From NCBI GenBank assembly GCA_002633005.1, contig NMRA01000483.1:237964-301963 (forward strand): 64,000 bases of DNA, read 5' to 3'. Positions within the stretch are counted from its first letter, which is position 1. Each line of letters starts with the position of its first letter. The notes under the pieces are model-generated. The model saw only the letters and a list, made by a program, of their open reading frames with translations. It ran no database searches and was not told the origin of the DNA. Shown piece after piece: positions 13,136-25,008 of this stretch. Origin of the DNA: Phoronis australis. Taxonomy: Eukaryota > Animalia > Phoronida. The translations under genes were made by a program, and so were the position numbers.

Positions 13136-13582
13136 CATACATGTCAGAATCTTTATTTGTATCCAACTAATCCCAATCTATCTCAACTTATCCTGCCAAC
13201 GCCATGCCATCTGTTGCCCTTCAACGTAGTTTAGTTGAAATTGGTTGTACCAACTAATCCCTAGTCGTATCCAACTAATCCCAGTCTATCTCAACTTATC
13301 CTGCCAACGCCATGCCCTCTGTTGCCCTTCAACGTAGTTTAGTTGAAATTGGTTGTACCAACTAATCCCTAGTCGTATCCAACTAATCCCAATCTATCTC
13401 ACCTTATCCTGCCAACGCCATGCCCTCTGTTGCCCTTCAACGTAGTTTAGTTGAAATTGGTTGTACCAACTAATCCCAAGTTATCTCCTGCCCGATTACC
13501 AGCACGCCCTCTGTCGTCCTTCAACATAGTTAAGATTAGTTGTACCATGGTGCCATCTGTTGAGCGTTGTTTGCCACACTAC
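13136..13582 (+). repeat. Left terminal inverted repeat, containing three tandem 108-bp units
   Basis: Unit GTATCCAACTAATCCCA.TCTATCTCA.CTTATCCTGCCAACGCCATGCC... starts at 13159, 13267 and 13375. Confidence 0.9.
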
Positions 13583-13668
13583 ACCCTCTTATTTCCACCA
13601 TCACCTCAAATGGCCTATTCAACTAATTCAACTAATTCAACCAATTGTAGCGCCATCTGAAGTATTAC

Positions 13669-14520
13669 TAGCATTGCAATTGTGCTGAGATATGTTGTCA
13701 AACGTTAACGGCTATCGTGTTGCCATCTGTTGTCAGAAGTTTACTTGAATCTACTCCAATTTATCCTCATCGTAGAGCAATCTTGGTGCTTTGTGTACTT
13801 AAATTTTTCATAAATAAACGTTTTTGCAAAGATGGAAAAGCATAACAAAGACTTGATTCGGCATTGACACAAATATTTTTTTGTATTCTTATATTTATCT
13901 AAACTAAACGTTTGTACATAGCATTGCAATTGTGCTGATATATGTTGTCAAACGTTAACGGCTATTGTGTTGCCATCTGTTGTCAGAAGTTTACTTGAAT
14001 CTACTCCAACTTATCCTCATCGTAGAGCAATCTTAGTGCTTTGTGTACTTAAATTTTTCATAAATAATCGTTTTTGCAAAGATGAAAAAACAACCAAAGT
14101 CAACAGATAGGCCAAGTATAACTAACCCGCAAAGTATAACCCAGGAAGAGTTTTGTATAATTAACCCGCTAAGTATATCCCAAGAAAAGTTTTTTGTTAT
14201 GGCAATTAAAGTCAACAGATAGGCCAAGTATAATTAACCCGCCAAGTATAACCCAAAAAGAGTTTTTTGTTAAGGCAATTTTTTATTTGATATAGCTGAA
14301 TAAGTTAGAAACACATCATTTAAAATACATATCAAAATGCTTTCTTACACATCGCTTACCCGTTCTATAATGAATGCCACAATAGAAATTACCAAAACAA
14401 ATCAAAATAACGTGATCGTTCACAACATAAGTGTATGGCAATCTCGCTTACCCGTTATTTAGTGCGTGATCATTCACAACATAAGTGTCTGGCAATCTCG
14501 CTTACCCGTTATTTAGTGAA
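13669..14520 (+). repeat. Subterminal direct repeats (~170-bp repeat with 250-bp period at 13669/13919; shorter repeats at ~14097-14280 and ~14411-14520)
   Basis: TAGCATTGCAATTGTGCTGA...TTTTTGCAAAGATG occurs twice; AAAGTCAACAGATAGGCCAAGTATAA twice; CGTGATC.TTCACAACATAAGTGT.TGGCAATCTCGCTTACCCGTTATTTAGTG twice. Confidence 0.85.
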
Positions 14521-16094
14521 TGTACACAGAATATCAAAAACTGTCAAAAGAATTCAAAATACTATAATAAATGTACTAAACGTTTTCACATTAAGTGATG
14601 ATAAAATCTAACAAAAATTAGGAAAAACCAACAATTTCGAGTAACATCTCTGCATATCATTCATTTACTACAAAGTGCATGAGAAAGCATTCATCGCATT
14701 TTTATTGTCTATCAAATAAACAACAGTTTGAATGAACAAATTAAATAAACCACTAGCGGCAAAGCCTCTCCCCAAAAACGAAACCAGTTTCAATGCTACA
14801 TATCACCCAGTTACTGCGACATATACAAAAACCAATTCTGTATTAGCATATCGATAGTAATAAGCATTGTGAATTAAAATGGTTTAACCAAAAATCAACT
14901 TAAACACTTCTAATAACTGAATATGAAGCTAGAGCTGAAAATATACATGCCATCAAACGGTAATCTAAGCATTAAATTAAAGAATCTTGCAACACCTCGC
15001 AGGTCGTGATCGTAATACCAGATAAATGGGGCGATGACTTAAACATAAATATCACTAGTATAATGTCACTAAATGAGGAAACAATATGGCTGACAAATGA
15101 ATTGAACTTGTTCAAATTTTACATAAAACACGTCTACCAAAAGTGAATTAATTCATGACGCCTNCATGTAAATATAAAAATAAACGAAATCTGTGCTTCC
15201 AAAGCAACCGAGATCAAAGTTTGTGACAGCAGAAATGGATTTTAACTTAGGGTACTTCTGAATGCTGTTTTAAGCAATATGCTAGCGCTTCCTTGTCTCT
15301 GAAAAATGTTTAAACATAACTCAAAGTGGTTTCACCTGTTCTTGTGATTGTAGTAAATCGTTAATGAAATGAAATTATATAATGATTTTATGAAGTAACA
15401 TTTTTATTTGAATGAGAAAAGAAGGTATCAAAAAAACTAGATGTTTTTCTAGATTTCCTTGCACCAGAACCGTGATACCGGGAGATGGGTTTGTGCTCAA
15501 AACGCTATATTTTAGGAACTCGGGGTGTTTAACTTAAAACCTGTCTGAGGGTCGTTGTTGTGTTGTGTTGGTATTAGTGGCTTTGGTATATAGAATGTCC
15601 AAAATGAAAAACACTGCTTTCGGAAAGGGACTTTTTAATCGTAAATGAAAATTGTCTTCATATTTTGAGGAGTATCTAGTAAGTAAAACTAGGTTTAGAT
15701 GTTGTCAATACTGGCAGCACTGAATGTGCATATAGCAGGCGAATCCCCATAACCAATCTTGTGCCGGTACAGAATTCTAAAATGTTTGGCATTAATGAAG
15801 CTCGTGGCTATTGGCTGACCGTTCGTGGAGATTTGGATATAGAAGGGTACACGTGCCCGTGTCCCCTTTATACATGGTTTGAAATCAGCTGACCTTGCCG
15901 TCATCATCATGTCTTCGATTGCTAAATGCGANCCATAACCAATCTTGTGCCGGTACAGAATTCTAAAATGTTTGGCGTTAATGAAGCTCGTGGCTATTGG
16001 CTGACCGTTCGTGGAGATTTGGATATAAAAGGGTACACGTGCCCGTGTCCCCTTTATACATGGTTTGAAATCAGCTGACCTTGCCGTCATCATC

Positions 16095-19000
16095 ATGTCT
16101 TCGATTGCTAAATGCGATTTTGAGACGAGAATGAAGCAGTGTTTCGACCAATCCGAATCTGTTCATATGAGTGCTTTGCTCTCTGACGAATTGGCTGCGG
16201 TTATAACCAACGCTGCTGAGAGCAATAGCGTTTGTCCACAGTTAGTTCTACCAGCTTTTCTGGCGGCCGTTGCGCACTTCACCAAGCAATCCAGCGTGTT
16301 CATGTGGAAGAAATTTGAGCAACCTTTAATAGTCTTCTCTATGCTGGCCGGTCAGACGGGATCCAACAAGTCAGCGGCACTGTCCGTAAGTATTTGAAAC
16401 TTCATTTCCATAGTGTATCCTTTTTGAAATGCTTTTTAATCGTTGAGAACTTGTTGTTTTTCCATGACAATACAAATTGCCCAAGCTACAATTTAAGTTT
16501 TAAGCAAGACATGATTTTCCCTACAAGTTTGGCTTGATTACGGTTAGCAACAATGCTTAGGCGAGTTCGTTATTCTCAAAACGTGTATAGAAATGTGTAT
16601 TGAAAACGGTGAGATAGCCCACACATAGACTTTCAAAAAGGTATAAGAAAAATGTCAGTTCGGTGCTGCTTTTTTGAGTGAGACTAAAATAAGTGTATTA
16701 CTTGGGATCGATTTTGTACGATAATGTAACAGGCCATTATTAGACTGGTTTGTTGGGAATCGCTTAGCCGCATTAAGTGCAGACAGAGGATGCTGATTCG
16801 AATTACGGTAGCCAGCACAAGAAGCCGTGCTGTGGCTGCACATCCACTGTTTGAATGCCGTTTATATTTTGGCGAAGTATGTTTTTGAAGTTTAGCCATT
16901 TGTGCGGTTAGACTTAACTTTGCCTATTAGGTCCGTTGTTGAGTATCAAATGAGAACCGGAACCCTACACTTATTGGTCGGGTTTGAGTATTTTCGTTTT
17001 CCCGAATTGTTTTTGTCAAACTGGTGAGGCTGTTTGTGTACTTTTTTCTTACATGCGAGAAACACCCTTTACTCTCAAATTGAGATTAAATATGTATGAT
17101 TTCGTGCAGAAAGGTGTGATACTGAATTACCCAAGATTATGCAAAAACGTATTTTCAGGAAAATACATTCTTCATCAAAAAAATTAGAGGAACGGAAATT
17201 TTTATTAGTGATCACTGTATCACTTTGTTTTATTTTTCATCTCTTTGACTGTGTTGCAATACGTGTACAATTGTTTCTTTTTATTTTTTTCATGTTTCTC
17301 ATGTATTTAAAGTGACTTATAAACTCCATGGTGGGCTTTTTTGTTATTTTTCGCTTTATTCCATGTGTACGAATAGTAAATGTGACTGTAGTAAACTATT
17401 TACCTACTTACGTTATGTAAAAAGGTAAATGAAGACTAAATATAGGTCTCTTCAACGGAAAGAAAGTGGGGCGTTGGAGGTACAAGTTGGGATTTTTCCC
17501 CAGTATTAGCTGAGTAGTTTCAAGATGTCTCTTAGTTTTTGAATAGATTTTCCTTTGAATTGTCAGTACAGTGGCCGTACGCCTACCTGCACTTCACGCA
17601 CTGTGAGATGTATGTTTTACCTGTCCTGTAACCAGTACGTTAGGTTTTTCCAAGTAAGAATCAACTCAAATTATTCTTGAATGTGCGTCATTTGCCTGTA
17701 TGGAAAAAGTGTAAATAAAGTGCCTGTCGATAAATTATTAATTAATTTTCCCCCTCAGGTTATTCGTAGTGCTGTGAGGGAAGTTGAGACAGCTGCAGGG
17801 ATACCATTGAAAGATTCGCGCGTAAATAATTGTGAGTAAAGGTTGTAAATATTATAACCACGTTATCAGTAAAATGTGATTGAAAGAAGGTCCAAACATT
17901 ACCCTCCATCTTATTGACGATCTTTACAGATATGCAAGTATGAGCAAAATACTGGAATGCATTGAGTGTAGAACACTGCCAATGGGTACATTTTGATAAG
18001 TTGATGCTAAATCTTAAATGAAGTACTGAACTGGTTCGGTGGAATTCAATTTTCTCATTAGGGTTGAGAAAAAAATAGTATTTGCTTGAGTATCTTGTTT
18101 CATGCGGGTATCCAGCCCCCCATTTGGCGAAGTGGGATAAATGGTTCGCCTCAGAGAAACAAAAAGTCCGAAAAAGTAAAAAACGAGGCAAAGGATCATC
18201 TAAAGAGGCAGGAACAACCAAAATTCGGCGAATGCACAATTCATAGCTTTAAGAGTACCCCGTTTTTTCTCAACAGTTCGAACCTCCCATTTTTTAGCTT
18301 CGGTGCGCGCATGTGTTGATATCTTTTTATAAACCTTATTCACGCAGTCCCCGTTTTAGTAGTAAGCCTCTTATCTTTGATTTTAAAAACAATGTATTTG
18401 CGACACGAATATAAGAAGGCACGCGAAACAATCACGCTGTGCGTTCTATTTCAGGACAAAATGCATTGTTTTAAACCTAAGAAGACGATCATTTTTGAAA
18501 TGGCTGCTGCATGAATACGTTGTATATGCATTGTTTTCTTGACATGGTTTTATTTGACATGCTAGCACGAGTAGAGCCTTCTTGCATTTTGTTCGGGCGC
18601 GCACCCGGGGGGGGGTTCGGGGGCTCGAATGAAGCCCCCCACTTGGCGAAGTGGGCAAAAAGGTTCGCCTCTGAGAAACAAAAACACCGAGAAAATGAGA
18701 CCAAAGTCCACTAAACAAGCACAAACACGCAATTCACAGTGGTGGCCGAGCTTTTTGTTTTGGTCAGCCCGATTTCTTATTGTTACCAAAAGGTACACAA
18801 CGTCAGGAATTCGAGCACCCCATTTTGAAGGCTGGGTGCGCACATATTGTTTGAGTTAACTTGTTGACACTGGAATTACATGTTTTGGTGTTTGTTGAGA
18901 GTCATTGAGATAGTCCTTTTAATTCATCGGTGTTTAAACTTAGTAATAATCTTTAATAGCAATAGTTTAATTTCTATATGAAGGCTTGTGTTCACCTATA

Positions 19001-21883
19001 CATGAAACTTTTAACGGATATTTATAAAATACAGCCTAAACAACTTACGAGAAGTTTAAAGAGCAGTGATCTCGTATGTCTTGCAATAAATAACACGTAT
19101 TGTACATTTGTTTATAGCTTTCATATTAAAAGTAATATAATCAGTTATAGTATTATAAAGAGAAACTATCTCGCAGGTTGACCTGTATTTATTATTTTAT
19201 TTTGTATTTGTAGCTGCCACAGTTGAATCTCTCCTGAAAGAGTTGGACACGCACACTAACATCATCCAGATGTGGGATGAAATGACAATGTGGTCAAGAA
19301 GCTTGGGTATGTGTGCCGCTGAAAAAAAATTGTGTTTTGTCAGTATGACTTCATATGAAATAAAAAGATGCTTTTTTGAATAGGGGCTCTTAAATACAAG
19401 TTTAATAAAATGCATATAAATAATGTATGGAGCTGCTGCAATTGTCCACCATGCTTTTTACACGGACATAAATGTGACCATACTTAAAAATCCTTACAAA
19501 GAAACCGTAAAAATACTTGGTGAGCAGGTTGAATACTGTATCAGAGGCAGAAAACCACTTTCAATATTGCAATTTAGTAAGCTTATCACGTTACAGGTCT
19601 TTTAACTACTATTGCTCAGGTTTACAAGAAATCAATTTCTACCTAGTCAGTTTTAATTCACAGGCGTATACAAGAAAGGGGAATCCTCCTACGACAGAAC
19701 ATACTTCTTGTCATTATACAACGGTGAAACTGAACTAAAAAGACAACTGAAAGGAGAGGGAGGTAAGGACAGATGATATTTAAGTACCTAAATGTAGTGT
19801 GTGCAACGTTACTAATTTCTTTGACATGTTTTCCTTTTGTTGGGTGAATCGCTTCAAAAATGGCATGTAATATAGTTATATTATTAATATCAATGCATTG
19901 TTACGGTGGTAACTTTGTGGCCCACTTCATGAACAAGACTTGGTGATTTGGATTATTTGCTGTGCAAAAAATTGATTAGATTAAAAACTGTAAAGAAACG
20001 CTGATATTAATGAGCAAATTACTCTTAACGCGTTATTCTCTTAAGTGACATTAAGAATCATTGTTGTTGACATGTGCAAGAGGCTTTAGAATAGCTCCCA
20101 AAATAATAAAATGGAATGTTAGGAGTGTTTTCAGTGTCACTTAACCCTTAACATTTATTAGCATGTCATATGGTTATGTTTTGGATACCATTGTGTTGTT
20201 TTTGAGAAGTCGCGGTGACGTGGAAAAATTGAATTCAAAATGCTGTTTATTTCATTTAATATTCTGCGTTATTGTAATTTTTTAGCTCCAAAACGGCGTT
20301 TTGTGAGATATCATTAACATTTAATCTAATATAATAAAGCTATATTATTAATACCATTGCATTGCTACGGTGGTAACTTTTGGCCACTTTCAACAAGATT
20401 TGGTGATTTTAATTATTTTTAAATGTCCTCCATTTTAAGGATATTTGATGCAGTACTAATGTATTTATTACTTCATTAAATTTGTAACATTTGCTGTAAC
20501 TAACGTGTTTAACTATTTCAGGATCAATCAACTTAAGCAATCCTCGCCTCGCCATAACCGGAATGGTTCAGCCAAGGCTTGGCGACGAAAGAAGTGAGGC
20601 CACGTCCAATGATGGGCTTTGGAGTCGGTTCCTGATGCTGGCTCCAAAACCCAAATTCTTTGAGCCTGAAAGCGAGCCTGACGTATGGGAGGACATCCCG
20701 TCAGTTGCCATGGTGCTCGCGGCAGTCAGGGCGCAACACGTGGAAGACAGGAGATACACACTGTCAGAGGAGGCCAAGCGCCTGTTGAAGGAGGAAATTT
20801 CGTCCTACAACAGCTACACAGAAAGAAATTTACTCACTGATGAGTACATGTGTGGTGAGTTGGGAAAGTTGAAAACGTCTCTTTGATTGCAAATGTTCAT
20901 GATAACACAGTTGTAGTACTGTAGGTAAATATGAAAAAAGTAAGATGGAATTACACGAAATGTTTCGTTTACATACTTTATGCATTGTTGTGTTAAGCAC
21001 TATTAAGAATGATATGACATTGGTGTTATAACAAGACAGAAAATGTTACTATAGGTATTTACGATTCTGCAATTAGAAATCTCTGTTATAGAAGAATGCT
21101 GTGATTGATGTTGCTAAGGATGTTCTAAACTCGTTGGCAATAGTTAATGTAGTTTTTAATATTTTTGTAAATGATAGCATAACCGTGTGATCGATATAAT
21201 TTTCTCTTTATTTATAGGAGTGTATGCCAAGGCCAAAGGGCAGGTGGCAAGACTGTCGGGTATCCTTCAGGCAGCCGAGAATGCAGTCTTGCTTCTAGAA
21301 GAGATGGGCAAGACAGCGAGAGACGTGCGTAATGTGGACGCGGACTTCCTGGCTTCCCTAGCGGAAGAAATCGGAAAGAGGGATGTCGCAGAAATTATAT
21401 CTGAGGCATCAGCGCGACACGCCATCACGCTACTTCAGACATTTACTGCTCACAAGCGGTACTTGTCTGGAGTAGAATGCACTAGCGACTTCCAAACGGA
21501 CATGGCGTGTGCACGAGCATTGCTGTTGTACCCAGCGCCATCATTCAGCATGACGCAGATTTTGCGGAAGAAAAAAAGGGGCCTTACGTCGTCAACCTAC
21601 AGGGCGATGATGGAAAGATTGGCGGCGGAAGAGCTCGGTGAACTGAAACTGCAACCAAGCCAATATAACAACAAGGTTTCGGTGACTTTTGTTAAGAGGC
21701 CTCTACCAGATGATCTAGAAGAGGCGGAGGAGTTTCGGTCGAAACTGGAGACATATGGTGTTGGGTGGGCTGAGTACAGTACATCAGTAGCAGATACGCC
21801 AGCTAGGCCTGCGAAGAGGCGCCTATTTGAGGCTGATGAGGATGGGACGTCGCCCACTGCTGCGGAGGCCAGTACCTCTGTGC
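16095..21883 (+). CDS. DUF3987/YfjI-like P-loop AAA+ ATPase (putative helicase), six exons: 16095-16385, 17759-17831, 19214-19306, 19664-19762, 20522-20854, 21218->21883 (3' end runs into a gap); about 520 aa or more
   Basis: All five introns are GT-AG and phases join without stops. Motifs in order: Walker A (FSMLAGQTGSNKS), ATVESLLKEL, Walker B (IIQMWDE), YDRTYFLSLYNG, NPRLAITGMVQP, NDGLWSRFL (Arg-finger-like), KAKGQVARLSGILQ. This series matches DUF3987-family proteins as I recall them. Gene structure is more certain than the family label. Confidence 0.82.
18101..18845 (+). mobile_element. Two ~210-250-bp MITE copies (about 18101-18314 and 18594-18845) in intron 2 of the ATPase gene
   Basis: Termini CATGCG(C/G)G.../...GGTGCGCGCATG and a shared core CCCCCCA(T/C)TTGGCGAAGTGGG...GGTTCGCCTC.GAGAAACAAAA. 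Related copies lie at ~32188-32360 and ~34915-35174. Confidence 0.7.
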
Positions 21884-21912
21884 NNNNNNNNNNNNNNNNN
21901 NNNNNNNNNNNN

Positions 21913-22143
21913 GTAGTGTGGCAAACCACGCTCAACAGGTGGCACCATGGTACAACTAATCTTAACTATGTTGAAGGACGACAGAGGGCGTGGTGGTAAT
22001 CGGGCAGGAGATAACTTGGGATTAGTTGGTACAACCAATTTCAACTAAACTACGTTGAAGGGCAACAGAGGGCATGGCGTTGGCAGGATAAGTTGAGATA
22101 GATTGGGATTAGTTGGATACAACTAAAGATTCTGACATGTATG
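21913..22143 (-). repeat. Right terminal inverted repeat (one 108-bp unit plus inner arm; inner limit hidden by gap)
   Basis: Reverse complement of 13136-13260 plus 13478-13582, with few mismatches. Confidence 0.9.
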
Positions 22144-22626
22144 GCTGATCAAGAAATACTAGAGAGGCACCGTGAACATGCACAGGCAACGGAGCGTATG
22201 GATAGTTCTTTGGTAAGCTGGAATTCGTCAGAGAAATTACCGTCCGATAGTGATATCTCTGACGAAATGCCGGCCACAGACACGGAGATGTTTCACGGCC
22301 TCATACTTGCTATTAACAGGGTACTTTTCATTCTTCACTACCGCGAGCCACCTCCTTACGGTATTTCGGGGTCTCGAGGAAGTCGAAAAAACGATATACC
22401 CGCTTTCGTCACAGCTTCATAGTTTGGACAAGCGGGAACGATGCACCGCAATATAGCGGCATTCACTCTGCAGATGAACCACTGACGCCGCTGCGTCGTT
22501 TCTCACCTTCGTCACAGGCTAACGCGACACCTCTCGGCAAGGTGAGGTCGACCGTATGAGAGGCGATGTGGATATAGTCGGATTAAAACGGTAAAAAAGA
22601 CTAATTAAATCGGGTGGCATCCTTCT
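22144..22626 (-). mobile_element. Truncated Kolobok-like element with decayed THAP-domain start
   Basis: Reverse-complement homolog of 28477-28940. Ends GGGTGGCATCCTTCT|TTAA. Minus strand encodes ...KHLRVCGRHF. Confidence 0.7.
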
Positions 22627-23079
22627 TTAATGTCTTCATAATGCTGTAAAGCGAAACATGAAAATCAACTTTCATGTGGGTGCACTGATTTTGAAATTTC
22701 TATGATTTTGCCAAAACCTAATTTAATCAAATGACTTGTATGACGATTTCCAGTTAAATTGTTGTCTTATTATTATCGCCTGGGTTAACCTTACTCTAAC
22801 CATAGATTATAGACAGCTTCGCAGATCCGACATTTTTGTGTACTGTCCTACTCTCCTAAAGTATGCGGGGCAGGTTCCAGTTAGTATATCGTGACGGGAA
22901 ATTCTCGCATCTACTTACTTTCCAGTACAAGGAAAAAAATTAGTTATTTGGGCATTGAAACGTCAAAGACTTTCAATGATCGAAGTGTTGATATCGTGAG
23001 TACTTTTAGCAATGGTACTACCACCCGACCACACAACAGCAGACCATGATTAGGAGACGACGTACTTGCCGGAACAAAG

Positions 23080-23740
23080 AAGCACAGAACAGTTCTCACA
23101 GGGTTTTGCCCAGCAAAACACATCACTTGATTTGCCACCATTTCTTCACTCTGTCGAAAAAGGATTCAAAGAATGACATGTTTTTAGTTATTTCACATAA
23201 AAAGCCCTGCAGATGAGCGCTGAAACTTAATTCTCTTTTGTATTTATGACCCTTTCATTCCCACTGAAAACCAAGCTAGGCTAAGAAAAATAGGGGCAAA
23301 AAAGGGCAAAATCAGCACTTTTCACCCCCAAAACACCACTTCACTGCCGATGCACGACTCATACCAACATTAAATTCTGAAAGCAAATTTCCTACAAATT
23401 CCGAAAACGTGGTTCAAAAGTACTGTCAACCAACTAGTTTTTTGGCAATTCTGGCTTGTTTGAGGGCTACCTGAAATCGCAGCCAATTTCTCAGTCGCTA
23501 CCCAGCAATGCACAATTGCAATCGGGGGCCGCCATCTTGAAGAAGAGTGCAGCTACAGCCGAGAAAGTGGCCTTTTTTATTCTTAGCATGTTCACAAATA
23601 CAAACAAACCACATTCACTGAGCCTACATGCAATGCCCACCTACAAAATGCCCCCAAACTTAGCTACCCCAAAATTTTAATATTTTGGCAGTGCAAATTG
23701 GCCGCGACCGCAGCCTAACTGTTCAGTGCCACCCTAACAC
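23080..23740 (+). repeat. Interspersed repeat; inverted copy at ~30990-31660
   Basis: Shared blocks such as AAGAAGAGTGCAGCTACAGCCGAGAAAGTGGCCTTTTT and GGTTCAAAAGTACTGTCAA appear as reverse complements at 31160-31325. Confidence 0.8.
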
Positions 23741-24499
23741 CAAATAATTTGGCCAGGTGTGGCAAGTGAATAACGACGCAACGGCTTGTACGAAAGACCA
23801 CAGATTTCTTCCATTGAACGTTTACGGAGTTGACGGTCCATCTGCTATAGTCAATGCTCTAACAAACGAAAATTAACGGCATATCAAGCGAGTCTTTCAG
23901 AAACTAAGAACTCATTCAAACAATTCGTCACAACTTTGTCACCACTCTTGCTCAGAAACTTAGTCACGTCGTAATGCGGAGCACAGGATCTCTTTGTCAT
24001 GAATATTTTTGTTTTCTACTAGAGTTTACGTTCTTTAGATGCATAACAATACTAAAATGAGATCCAATGTTTCTTTTTTACGGTTTAACACACGTGCATG
24101 CATCAGGATCACTCTACTTTCCGAAGGAGTGAGTTTATAAATACACAAAACGGACCGAGATAGGCGTACATGAAGTAATATCCCACTCGACATTATTCCG
24201 CGTATCGACCGAGACCATAGACTATAGTACATAATCTATGGCTGAAGGTCTTCGTAAGGACAAGAGTTCACCAGTCACTACCATTGGAAGAAATTTAGCG
24301 GACATTTTTCGTCAAAAAGTTTACCAGATAGTTTTCATCAAAACGGAGAAAAGGAAAATGGATTTGTGAAGACAGGATTAAGTAGTAGGCCTACCAGAGC
24401 CTCTTAAAAAACACCCATCTTCGAAGTGACGTGAACAAATGTACAAGTTTTTTTTGGAAGAACAACTTCCATTCACGTCGACGCGAGAACATAACTTTC

Positions 24500-25008
24500 G
24501 TATGGCGGGTCACATCCTATATGTATGTACTTGAGCGTTAGGTTGCAAGTTTTTTCTTGAAACAGTTTTAAAAGTAACGATTTATTTCTTGAAAAGAGGT
24601 AACAAAGATGAAAACAACGGCAACTGTGCAGTGAACTTTTAACATCTGGAAATAGTTAAAAAACAAAAATATTCGTTATTGTAGTTTCCGAGGAATCGGC
24701 GCCCGAGTTGCAGACGATATAGTATCAGCAATTGAAAACTGAGACATAAGTGTCATATAATTAACAGTTTTGTTACAGATTTTGCGTTTAGGGCCTGTCG
24801 AGTGTTAGTTACACTGCTGCAACTGTATTACTTTAAACTATATTCGGAAAGTTTGATGATCGAACCGGCTGAAGACGTCGAGTCGACATTGACCTACCTT
24901 TTGAACTTTCCATGACAAAGGTCACTGTTGAAGTATTGCGGGAGGTGAATACGGAAAACTTCATTACATGGACGTATTTCCCTAGACAGATTCAACGCGT
25001 ATGGGATA
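24500..25008 (+). repeat. Interspersed repeat; inverted copy at ~37065-37586
   Basis: TTGAAAACTGAGACATAAGTGTC and ACTTTAAACTATATTCGGAAAGTTTGATGATCGAA are present as reverse complements at 37210-37352. Confidence 0.8.

Larger units (their letters stand above)
13136..22143 (+). mobile_element. ~9.0-kb unit bounded by long terminal inverted repeats, carrying a DUF3987-like ATPase gene
   Basis: Left end CATACATGTCAGAATCTTTA... (13136) is the reverse complement of right end ...TAAAGATTCTGACATGTATG (22143). Homology runs inward to 13582 on the left and to the assembly gap at 21913 on the right. No target-site duplication is evident. Confidence 0.8.

Noticed and set aside
13159-13478. Regular repeats superficially like a CRISPR array
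   Set aside because: Units are fully repeated with no unique spacers, there are no cas genes, and the context is eukaryotic.
15747-16116. ~185-bp tandem duplication of the ATPase promoter/start, and the 133-aa repeated ORF on the minus strand
   Set aside because: The copies are separated by a single N at 15932; probable assembly artefact, and the ORF is a by-product.
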